This document shows, piece after piece, positions 52,897-64,000 of a stretch of 64,000 bases of DNA; position 1 is the first letter of the stretch, and each line of letters begins with the position of its first letter. The notes under the pieces are model-generated. The model had not been told where the DNA came from and did no database searches. It saw nothing but the letters and a program-made list of their open reading frames with translations. The translations under genes were made by a program, and so were the position numbers. Source of the stretch: Octopus sinensis (Eukaryota); contig NC_043002.1 in NCBI RefSeq assembly GCF_006345805.1, positions 39,928,001-39,992,000 on the forward strand, written 5' to 3'.

Positions 52897-55009
52897 CTAT
52901 GTTTGACTTTTGCTTTATGTCGGTACAAGTTGGCTCCAAGTCTCACCCAGAGACCTCAAGAGACAACAGGCTGGAAGTTCACGTTGTTGTTATGCCTAGT
53001 GTGCCATATATTGGTGTTTTTTTGGTGTTGTACTAGTGAATGTCTAATACATAAAAAAAAAAAAGTTTGTTTTAAACCTTGGGATTACATAGAGAGTATT
53101 TTGCGTAGGATATGAGCAGTTCCCATGAGCACTATCTTTTGAATTTCTGCCATTTTGGGGTTTCCTGGTATCTGAGTTAGGTAGCAATCAGTCCCTTCCA
53201 CATTTTGCTGATTTCTATTTCAAGATCTTTATATTTGCTCAGTTTTTGGTAGGTCTTGACAGATACGTTTATATCGATTGGGATAGTCATATCAATGAGG
53301 AGGCATGTTCTTTGTCTGAAGTCTTTCAATATGATGTCTGGCCTATTTGCATTTATCTTTCTGTCAGTTTGAATGGTGAAGTTCCAGAGGAGTGAGATGT
53401 GGTCATTTTCAAGCACTGGAGGTGGATTGTGTTCCCACCAGTTTTTTTCATGGGGCAAATCCAGGTTTTTGGAAATTACCCAGTTAATATATTGTGCAGC
53501 CCTATCATGCCTGTTGAGATAAATGCAGTCTTCTAGCGCCTACTCTGTAGGCGCTAGAAGACTGCATTAGGAGACAACATGATCAATGGTTTCATTTTGT
53601 TGTCGGCATACACGACATGTTGGGCTACTGCCGTTCTTTAATATGTTGGCCTGGTAGTTTCTTGTTGGTAGGCATTGATCTTGTAACGAAATGTGAACGT
53701 CTTCTCTGCACTGTTTGGGTGCAAGAAGCAATCACTATCCGTTGCTTTTAATAATCCAGATTCTACCAGTCAGAAACAGACAAGACGCAGACGTAAAAAA
53801 TATATATCTACTTTATTCTCTTATGACAGTAACAAATATGTGGTGTATCTGGTATCCCTTTGGTATGGATGTGTCTCAGCTGAACTTTATCGCTGTAGAA
53901 TTTACAGTGTTCAAATGCTAACGACACTGGTCAAAGATGGCGTCCGGAGAAAGGAAGATGAGGAGGTCGGCAACAAATGCTGGTTAAAAGTCTTTTGGTA
54001 AAGGCTGCTGCTTTGTCAAGTCCGGAGAGAGAAAGAATTCACGTCCTGTTCCTTCGAAGGCTGTGTCTCAAGTCACTGCTGACTGCTGCTATTTCACTCT
54101 GGACCCCTTTAAGGTTCACGCTCCCCTAGCCTAACAAGCCAAACTGCCACGTAGGCAAATTCCTACTTCCGGGCTTCGCGCATGCGCGAGAGGGCCCTTC
54201 CTCTCTGCCTTGGTGAAAGCACCAACACCGCACGCGCGAAACAGAAATGGACGGTGCGCGCGCGCGCACCGTTATATAGGATCACTACAATCTTGAGCTG
54301 CTATGATAAACCCCTCTGTTTCAGATTTTAAGCCAGAGGCCATTAGCCATTGATGGGTCAGGGTTTTGTCAATATCTGCATTATTCACTCTCTTTGGGTA
54401 TTTGCCATAGAGAGGTTTTTCTTGCCATTTATTATTCAGAATATCTAAGGCCGCAGTTTTGGCACGGGTTTTCATGCACCTAGCTTTTTCTGTGCTTGTT
54501 TCTTGTATGTCTATCTCTAATTCCGAAATTGGTTGTATTCGGAATTCACTTAGATATTCCTTTGCCTGTTTTGTTACTGAGTATGATGCTTTCTTGTTTT
54601 CATGTTTTGAGACAAGTTTTAACATCCAGTCCTCAGACTTTTGCAGGTAGGTGTCTAGGCCAATTGTAGCAATCTTCATTGTTATTGCCAGTTGCAAAAG
54701 ACCACGGCCTTCCTCTTTTATTGGCGGATAAAGTCGTTCTGTATCTGCCTTAGGGTGGTGCATTCTATGCATTGTCAACAGTTTTCTTATTTTTCTGTCG
54801 AGCTGACATATTTCAGTAATTGACCAGTTAACGATATTGAAACTATAAGTCACAACTGGTATGGCTAATGTATTGATTGCTTCAATCCTGTTTCTTGCAT
54901 TCAGCTCTGTCTTGAGTATTGCTTTCACTCTTCGATAGCATTCTCTCCTGATCCTTTCCTTCATCTCTGAATGCCTTATTCCGTTCCCTTCAATTACTCC
55001 TAGGTACTT
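52897..55009 (-). mobile_element. R4/Dong-like non-LTR retrotransposon (RT C-terminus, CCHC finger, restriction-like endonuclease), 5'-truncated
   Basis: KYLG; LNARNRIEAINTLAIPVVTYSF; GRGL; SETEGFIIAAQDQCLPTRNY; CRVC..ETIDH; RHD; W..TIQTDRKINANRPDI..IDMTIP..K..KYKDL. ORF stop at 53085. Flanked by (TAA)n on both sides. Confidence 0.9.
53682..54289 (-). mobile_element. Solo LTR (probably Gypsy-type) inserted in the LINE
   Basis: TGTA...TACA termini and a 4-bp TSD ATCT (53678-53681, 54290-54293). Removing it restores AAQDQCLPT. AATAAA on the minus strand near 53812. Confidence 0.85.
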
Positions 55010-55027
55010 ATTATTATTATTATTATT

Positions 55028-55122
<95 letters not shown>

Positions 55123-55133
55123 TATTATTATCA
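55010..55133. repeat. (TTA)n(TCA)n(TTA)n compound microsatellite
   Basis: Directly visible. It produces the poly-D/N run in ORF 54272..55186. Confidence 0.95.
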
Positions 55134-56184
55134 TTTAGTCCAAAGCCACCACTAATATGTTCAAGGCCATATACTATGAATTCCATTCCCTACTAAAACT
55201 CTTAACCACACCCTGACACCTGGTTCATTTCCTTCCTATCTCCTCCTCCTAATTCTTGACCTTCTCAATTCATTACTCTTTATCCTTTTTCATAGATTTT
55301 GTATGAAAACATTCAGATACACCTATCCCATCTCCTTTCAATACTTTTCACCTGTACATTTTCTTTTCTTTCCTTTCCACACTACCTCACTTTCTATATC
55401 CTTCTGTTCTTTTTCTCTCTTTTACACTCCCTTCTTTATCCCCCTCTAAATACATATTTATTCTCCTAACTTTGTAGCCATCTTACAGCTCTGACCATAT
55501 ACAGTAATATCTCACTTTACAAGGACCTGCTTTATGAAACCCAAGGTTTGCAAGTTTTATTTTATGATGAATATAAAAAGGTTAAACACCCATTTTATGT
55601 GTGTGGCAACAGCGCAACATGTGGCAACACTGGTCCTGACACATCTACACAGTTGTATATAGCGACAGAGTAAAAGCTTCTTCTAAGCAAACAACTTCAG
55701 ACTTGTTTTTTAAAAAGAAATCTACAAGTCCATCCACGAGGGCTTGTGAATTGGCATTCATGTTACAAGTGATGGTGTGTGTGAGTCTAATGTGAATGAA
55801 AGTGATTTACAAAACGATTATAATAATAATATTTTTTATTATAAATGATCTTGACATTCTTTTTACTTTACATAAAATATTCTTTACATTCTACTGTTGC
55901 TTTATTGCCATTTACTTACGAGTTGTTATAAATTTTATAGGTAAAATATTTTTCTGAGAATGAACTACGATTTATAACATTGCTACTATGGGAAATTATT
56001 ACACTGTTTTACAATTGACCACTTTACAAGTGGTCTCCAATAACAAATTAACTCATATACGGATGCATTACTGTATATTGAAATATTTCCATAACTGCTT
56101 CATAGTTTCAAATGTTTTAAATCAGAAAGGTTTGTAGTGTAGCTCAGTGATATCCTCACTGTTTGAGAGGTATATTAGAAATAA

Positions 56185-57332
56185 TGTCGTAGCAGATGAC
56201 AGTTAACTTTTGGCCGCTATTTGGACACTGTTGTGTCCACTGTTCTGATTGGTTGGCATTGGCGCAGTTTGTCTCTTGACTTATTTCGCATCAATGTGTG
56301 AACCAACCAATCAGAACCTTCCATTAAGATCATGTGATACAGTCTTTTGGGTTTTCTTCTGGAGCCTCTAGAATGTTATAAAAACCCAACGATCCAGTGA
56401 ATCTGGGTCTTTGGTCTCTGACCATTGACTACGCCAGACCAGCCAGTTCCCTCGATGATGCCAGTTCCAGTGACCCAGCCATGTTCCTACTACAGCCAGT
56501 AACCCAACCATGTTCCTGCTCCAGCTAGCCAACATACACCAGCAACGCAGGACGTCTCCACCACCGTCACCTTCATCTCAACATCACCCTTCTCTGCCGT
56601 CGCCATCACCATCGTTGACTTCACTTTGACACTGCCATCAACACCGATGCCTTAGCTTATCGTCGCCCTTCAACTTCACGTCGTCTCCAGCAACACCAAT
56701 ACGTACACAGCAACTCGCTCAAGTTCGTGTATACACTGTTCGTGTATACACTGTTCGTGTATACACACACAGGTTAACAGCACAGCACTACCAGCGAGAT
56801 CTTCTGTACCGATGTAACCTGGCAAATGGATCAAAGCCCAACTTCTACAGGCATAGTAACTGCTCTCCTCTTCGCCCCAACTTCATTGACACAGAACAAA
56901 CTGCTATTGTGTACCTCTACGAACTGGTATTTATCACTATCTTGTGTCTGGACATTTCAATTTGTTCTCTATTTTGTTCTTCATGTTCACTCTTACAACA
57001 CACACGAACACACAGACAAACTTTTGCTGTACACACCGTTATTGCACTTACAACGGACACGCAGAAACATATGTGCACGCACTCAGACACTACACTCGGC
57101 TAGCGCTCACACTTGCTCTTATCACTACGTACACATCTGTAAAATAAAAGTCTATATTTCTCTCAAACAGTAGAACGGTTGTGTTGTTCTCCTTATTCCT
57201 TACTGGTACACTTTATTCCTTTATGCCATACATTTGGCTTATTCTTTTGTAAGGAGAATCGTGCGGCATTTAAAAAGGAGACATTTCTGTCACCAATTCC
57301 TTTTCGTATGGTCATTCACTGCAGGTTTAACA
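56185..57332 (+). mobile_element. LTR-like element (~1.15 kb, CpG-rich)
   Basis: TGT...ACA termini, paired CCAAT boxes, TATAAAA at 56377, AATAAA at 57143. The TSD is ambiguous (ATAATG on both sides). Confidence 0.55.
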
Positions 57333-57961
57333 TAATGGATGCATTTCTTATTGTATATTATGCAGACCTGTCTACCAAATCGATTCACAAGGCTTTGGTC
57401 AACCCTTGTCTCTTGTAGAAGGCACTTGTCCAAGGTGCCATGCTGTGGGACTGAATCTAGAATCATATGGTTGAGAAATGAGATTCTTAACCATATATTG
57501 CCACACCTGTATGATCTAAATATGTCCATTGCTTTCTTGTGCTGTTTTTATAGGCCAGATCCATTGTCATCTGTATAGTTTACATTATTTCCAAAATTTC
57601 AGTCAGCTGATTTTATTAGAATTATCTCTGTTGCTTTTTGTAGTAATATCGTAGATAGTCTTAGAAAGAGTTTTGTTTATTAATTTCAAAGATAATCTCA
57701 ATTAATTGAAGTTTTACAACTATTATATTGGTTATATGAGATCTTATTGTATTTCTATAATTTTCACCTAGTCTCTCTTGGTTTCATAGATTTTTACCTT
57801 CCTCATTTAAGATATCATTCTCAGCCTTTTCATTCACTCAAGATATTCTGCATTAACAATTCATGTTTCACTTCTATACAGCACCATAGTTCATTACACT
57901 TCACTGTATTAGCAGATTCACAAACATTTTACGCCTCCGCACTAACCATCTAGCCATACTA

Positions 57962-59035
57962 CAGGATGTTCAGGATAAAGTTGACAGTTTGCCTTAACCC
58001 TTTCGTTACCAACCTGGCTGAAACCAATTGTCTTGTTTTCATAAATTTTGAATTAAAATCTTCCACCAAACCTCAGTCACAATTTATGTTCCTAACACTA
58101 GCTGAATGATAACTAAGCTATTTTCTAAATTCTCTGTTATATTTAAAGTAATTTGAAAGAAACACAGAGCATCTCAAAATAAATATAGTAACGAAAGGGT
58201 TAAAGTATCAGAAAACACATCATATTATCCAAACATAAAAGTAGATTATGACTGGGGGATAACAATTTACTCAAAATAGTTGCTCTCAGCTTCCACCACA
58301 GCATCAAGATTGTCCCAGAACCTGGTGCATGTATTCCTCACTGTGTCCTTCGGAAGGTCTTTAAACATCTTATTGATCTTGGCTACCAGCTTGGCTTCGA
58401 TGTTGCAGGCAGAGTGGTTGGTGTCTTACTCAACCACGCCCCATTCATGGTGATCCATAGGGTTATAATCAGGGAATTAGAAGGTCAGAAATTGGTACTA
58501 GTGAAGTCACAGAAACTCTCTCACAATCACTTCTGTTTTTTTCTAGAGGTGTGGCAAGGAGCTGAATCCTGTTGCCATCATACATAGCCTTCCAACAGCA
58601 ACCCCCTCCAGGCACAGTTGAATCACACGGTCTCCAGCAGCTTCATATAGCCATCTGAATTAAACCTAAAGCTCTGTTGAAAGATGTTAGATGGCATGAC
58701 CTCACCTTCACAAGAGACACACCCAAAGGCCATTACACTTTTGAGGAACTTTGTTTCCATATTGTCCATGTCATGTCTTAAAGCTTTTATAGTGTTCACT
58801 GAGCATTGAGCCATGATGTTGGCAATTTGATACCAGATGTGAATCATCATGACACAGGTAAGGCTTTTCCAATATTCAAATAGATTCCAGTCGTCCACAT
58901 CAGTGAACTTTTTCTCAATTACAACTTTAATCTTTATGCTCTCCAACGTTGTTGACTGTTCACCACAACATCAAGCTGTTCCTGAAAAAAAAAAAAGACA
59001 TAAAAAAAATCATCATATTTATCCCAAACACCCTT
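57962..59035 (-). mobile_element. maT/DD37D-like Tc1/mariner transposon, internally deleted
   Basis: TIRs CAGGATGTTCAGGATAAA / TTTATCCCAAACACCCTT with TA flanks. Peptides VMAFGCVSCEG, WQQDSAPCHTS and PSNSPDYNPMD. Confidence 0.8.
57998..58199. mobile_element. piggyBac-type MITE nested in the maT element
   Basis: TTAA TSD and perfect 12-bp TIR CCCTTTCGTTAC / GTAACGAAAGGG. Confidence 0.9.
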
Positions 59036-59884
59036 TATTATCAGTAATTCCCATCTCATGAACTAATTGTGTCACCTAGATAACAGAGTTTATTTTCCTT
59101 CATCCAGTGAACCGTTTGAAGAACTGAAAATAAAACTAAATGTTTTAAAATAGCAAGATGATTTCATTATTACAATCCTACAAAAATATATCAACTCAAG
59201 GTAACATGTATTATTTTTGTGATTTCAAGCTCCACCAATCAGACAATTTTATGAAGCTTTCAAGCAGTGTAGCGGAACCTCCAACAAATGAAAAACATTT
59301 ATTTCCACAGTTGGTTGACTGTTTACCCATAGGACAACTCTGCTCAAGCAGACCTATGATCAAGTGTGTTCCAGTCATGATCATCCTACCATTTACTTTT
59401 TATTTTTGTCCAAAAAAGCAATTTCTTATATTACTTCCTACATACCAATAAAAAATAGACATTTTCCTATCTAGTTGGTAGAATCAAGCAACAAAATAAC
59501 ATAGTATGTGGCTTAAGAATACATGTTAAAATAGGATAGCATTCAAACATAGAAAATGTAATGCATTTAATGTACTACTTCAATCAAGACAAGTTTACAT
59601 AAATATATTTGTGAAAAAGTACATAATTATTTTTGTATTTAACAAAGTCATATAAAGAATGTCTTGTTAAAAGTATTACAGGAAAGCAGTGTTCTAACAT
59701 GGCCACAGTCCAATGACTGAAACAAGTAAAAGATTTACATATTTTTATGCTTTACAAAGTCAATTGGATAATGACCAATAAAAAGAAATGTAGAGATATA
59801 TTTTCTTATCCTACAAACCCAATGGAATGGCATGTTGGAGGGTCAAATATGTACAAACAAATAAATGACTTTCAAGATAGGGAC

Positions 59885-60036
59885 AGATGTGGATGTGTGG
59901 TAAGAAGTTTGTTTCCCAACTACATGGTTCCAGTTTCGGTCCCATCGCATGGCGCTTTGGGGAAGTGTCTTCTACTTGGGCTAACCAAATCTTGTGAGTG
60001 AATTCGGTTGATAGAAACTGAAAGAAGCCTGTTGTA

Positions 60037-60091
<55 letters not shown>

Positions 60092-60320
60092 GTGTGTGAA
60101 TGTGTGTGTGTGTGTGTTTTCATTCTCCACCACCACTTGACAACCGGTGTTGGTGTGTTTAAGTCCTTGTAACTTAGTGGTTTGGAAAAAGAGACTGATA
60201 AAATAAGTACCAGTCTTTACAAGAAATAATAAGTACAGGGTTGATAAATTCAACTAAAATTCTTCAAGGCAGTACCCCAGCATGGCCACAGTTAAATTGA
60301 AACAAGTAAAGGATAAAAGT
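59885..60320 (+). mobile_element. SINE family A with internal (TG)n
   Basis: Head, core and tail match. Confidence 0.85.
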
Positions 60321-60789
60321 TGAAAAATAGAGAAAAATCACTTATACATGTCTTTTAACTGGAAGAAGTTATCCTATTATAGTAACCAGGCCAAGGGCAA
60401 AGTTTATTGCTGACAAAAGCTGAGTATGGTGAATAAAGTAAAATATGACAGCAAAAACGAAAAAGGATGAAGCAGTCATATATTCTCTTAAATAGCCAAA
60501 GTGTGACTCACTAAACACTGATTAACTAAAATACCTAATTGGCTAAAATTTCAGATTAGCTACAATAGGACATAATAACAGTAGTGTATTATGTGAACTC
60601 ATTTGCCACCAAACCATTTAAGACTGCCTCTAATTCTGTGGCATAAACTTCCAGTTTTAAAGTGATCAAAATTATAATTTTTTAGCAGAATTTCAAGTTA
60701 ACTTATGTTCCAAACACCAGCTGTATTAAATCCTTCTTTATCTTAAAGATTAAATTAAACGAAAGCAATGCTTTTCAATAGAAATATTA

Positions 60790-61000
60790 ATTTCAAATTT
60801 TGGTACAAGGCTAGCAATTTCAGGGAGGTTTAAGTTGACTACACCAACCCCAGTGCTCAACTGGTACTTATTTTATCAACCCCAAAAGGATGAAAGGCAA
60901 AGCCACCCTCGGTGGAATTTAATCACAGAATGTAAAGACTGATGAAATACAGTTAAACATTTTGTCTGGCGTGCTAGCAATTCTACCAGCTTGCTGCCCT
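60790..61000 (-). mobile_element. SINE family B
   Basis: Reverse-complement match. Confidence 0.8.
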
Positions 61001-61944
61001 CATTTTAACAGAAATATATTAACAAAAGAATTGTCTAGTGACAAGCATGATTGATAGCCTACTAATCACTAACTGGTTAAAATAAAACACATGACAAAAC
61101 AGTGAAACTAAACTGTTGTTTGCATAAGGTTGCTACATGTCTTACTTTTCTAATAATGGTAAGGTGATGTTTGAAGGAAATCTAACTGCTATTTGTAGCA
61201 GATCAAGTGGCTTTGTAGCAGCTCATTTGTTGATACTCACTTTCATTTTATGTATTAATTATTGATAAATCAGAGTTCATACCAAAGGACAACAGTTCAC
61301 TTGAATCTGTAAAAAAGACATTTAGCTGCTCAGAATGAATGAACACAAGTGAAGTAACCAGTGACAACATGTGACAGTCACTAACTGAGTGAGTTTTTTT
61401 TTTTTTTTTTTCAATGATAGCAATACAACTAAATCATAAGTGCCCTTCTATGCTGTTATATTGTTATTACCTTTGCCAGTTTTAGTGTTTAGCTTGCAAC
61501 CATGCTGAAGCAGCATCATCAGGGGCTCTGACGGATCATGAGTGCAGATATTGGCTGCGAGGTTAAGTTTACTACACAACCATGTAGATCTGAATTCAAT
61601 TCCACTGCATGGCACTTTCGCCAAATACCTTCTACCATAGTCAAGGGTTAAGCAATATCTCATGAATGGAATTCGATAAATAAAAGCTATACAGTAATTT
61701 ATGGGTGTGTGTATGTGAGTGTGTATATGTGTATGTGTGTGTGTATGTGTGTGTGTAGGTGTGTGTGTTTCAGTCATTTGACTGTAGCCATGCTGGAGCA
61801 CCACCTTTAGTCAAACAAATCAACCCCAGGATTTATTCTTTGTAAGCCTAGTACTTATTCTATCAATCTATTTTGCTGAACCACTAAGTTACGGGGACAT
61901 AAACAAACACAGTCACACAAACATTCACACACACACACACACAC

Positions 61945-62160
61945 ACAAGGCACCAACCGATCATGGCTGTTTCCAGTCTCCCCAGGCCCCTGTTCCATTG
62001 GCACGTAAAAAGCACCCACTACACTCACAAAGTGGTTGGCCTTAGGAAGGGCATCCAGCTGTAGAAACACTACCAGATCAGACTTGAGCCTGGTTCCCAG
62101 ACCCCAGTCGAACTGCCCAACCTATGCTAGCATGGAAAACGGTCATTAAATGATGATAAT
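61945..62160 (+). mobile_element. Family C (RTE-tailed) repeat
   Basis: Core plus (GAT)n tail. Confidence 0.75.
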
Positions 62161-62189
62161 TATATATATATATATATATATATAAATAT

Positions 62190-62350
62190 ATAGTTGAATT
62201 TTACAGAAAAACAAAGCAAAAAGACAAGTGTATGAGCAACAAGCAGATGTATTAGTTTGACACTTAGGAAAGTGAGAAATTCTTTTACGTTTCGAGCCTG
62301 TGCTCTTCAACAGAAAGTAGTATGAGAAAATAAACAGAGAAAATAAAAAG
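62190..62350 (-). mobile_element. Family D repeat with the best-preserved hammerhead-like motif (62282-62317)
   Basis: Minus strand CTTT CTGTTGA A GAGC ACAG GCTC GAAAC GTA AAAG. Confidence 0.65.
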
Positions 62351-62789
62351 ATATATATATATATATAGATAGATAGATTGATAGATAGATAGAGAGAGAG
62401 AGAGAGAAAAGGAGAGAGAGAGAGAGAAAGGAAAAGAGAGAAAAGGAGAGAGAGAAAAAGGATAAGATAGAGGGAGAGAGAATGTTTATAAATTATCTTA
62501 ACATTTTCTGCAATTTATTATATCAATGTGTAAAAATAATTTACGTACACTCTGTATGTGTGTGTGTGTGTGTGTGTTTGCGCATACACGTGTGTATATG
62601 TTTGGATGATGATGATGATGAAATATATAGGAACAAATTTTGTTGAGATATACCAAGATACAATACTTGCTAGTAATTTTGCTGGCATAAATGCAGTGAG
62701 CCAGTACTTGGCCCATTGAAAACCTGTCATCAACAATACTGTTGTCCATAAATTGCAATATAAAATATATAAAACTAGATGCCAGCTTC

Positions 62790-62950
62790 GCTGTGTGGTT
62801 AAGAAGCTTGCTTTTCTATCATGTGGTCTTCGGTTCAATTCCATTGTGGAGTGTTGAGCAAGTGGAGTAATTAAAGCTTTGGGCTCACCAAAGCCTTGTA
62901 AATAGATTTGGTAAATGAAAACTGAATGAAACTTATTGTGTGTGCTTGCA

Positions 62951-63011
<61 letters not shown>

Positions 63012-63450
63012 GTGTGTTTGTGTATACGCTTGTCAAGACACATGCTAGTTGTAACTGAGTATCATCATCATACTATAGCCCAAGGCCAAACAATGCCTTG
63101 TGTGTGAATTTCATTGATGGAAACAGTGTAGTTCATTGTGTATGTACATGTGTGTGTGTGTGTGCATGTGTACCTGTGTGTGCATGTGTACCTGTGTGTG
63201 TGTGCATGTGTGCATGTGTACCTGTGTGCATGTGTACCTGTGTGTGTGTGCATGTGTGTACATGCATGACTTTGTGTCTGTTTGTCCTCTTACACTAATC
63301 AAGAACCAGTGTTGATTTGTTTACAACTTGGTAACATAAGGGCCACATTTAAAAAAAATAAGTACTTGGGTCGATTTATTTGATTAAAACTCTTCAAAGC
63401 AGTGCCCCAGCATGACCACAGTCAAACGCTTGAAACAAGTAAGTGATAAG
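62790..63450 (+). mobile_element. SINE family A copies (degenerate or compound)
   Basis: Two cores and one tail. Confidence 0.7.
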
Positions 63451-64000
63451 AGATAAACTATAACATTTGAGACTATTGCATGTGATGTGTTCATCCTTTG
63501 CAAGGAAGTTTGACTACTATTTCTATAGATAAACACACAGAAGCTCCCTTGTTGATCTGGTCAATATTTATTGGTTATTTTGTTATATATTCCCAAGGGT
63601 ACCTATGAAAGCATTTAGTCATCCTTCAGTGTTATGTTCCAAACTCCACTGCAATAGGTGGAAATCCGGGAAGTAGAAACAGTAGTGTACTGTATATATT
63701 TGTTTTTTGTTATTTTTATAATTTGTATATATTCATTTTATTATAAATGCAAACCAACACCATGGAGGAATTGGTGTAAGCTTAAATAATAAACCACAAT
63801 AGGTGAACTGCTATATGGCAAGGGATTACTATATATCTTGGACGACAGGACTAGCAAAGGTACAGAGATAAACTCACTCATTTAGTCAATATTTATTGGT
63901 ATATAGGGTAATGAGCTGGCAGAATTGTAAACACATCAGACAAAATGCTTAGCGACATTTTGTCCATCTTTATATTCTGATTTCAAATTCTGCCATGGTC

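Noticed and set aside
54272-55186. 304-aa ORF as a host gene with a poly-Asp N-terminus
   Set aside because: A chance read-through of a (GAT)n microsatellite into a truncated LINE RT, ending in the LTR insertion.

Overview
AT-rich, microsatellite-dense animal genomic DNA. The SINE/RTE landscape looks like Octopus or another cephalopod, judged from recalled repeat families. The only intact protein-coding gene is an intronless BTG1/BTG2-like (BTG/Tob family) gene at 28179-28811 (+). It has an immediate-early-type promoter (perfect CArG box, CCAAT, half and full CRE, TATA-like element), an ATG-free leader ending in a uORF that overlaps the start codon, and a 3' UTR with Pumilio, AU-rich and miR-92-type motifs. 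The gene lies in a ~10 kb CpG-retaining zone with few transposons. The flanks contain many tRNA-derived SINEs, RTE and Jockey/I/CR1-like LINE remnants, mariner/maT/piggyBac-type DNA elements and two LTR-like segments. Other notable items are an R4/Dong-like restriction-endonuclease LINE in (TAA)n repeats split by a solo LTR, a small (TA)n-embedded repeat family carrying a minimal hammerhead-ribozyme-like motif, and an orphan DCAF1/VprBP-like exon fragment. Most ORFs in the supplied track are microsatellite or repeat artefacts. Repeat boundaries without a stated TSD or TIR are approximate.
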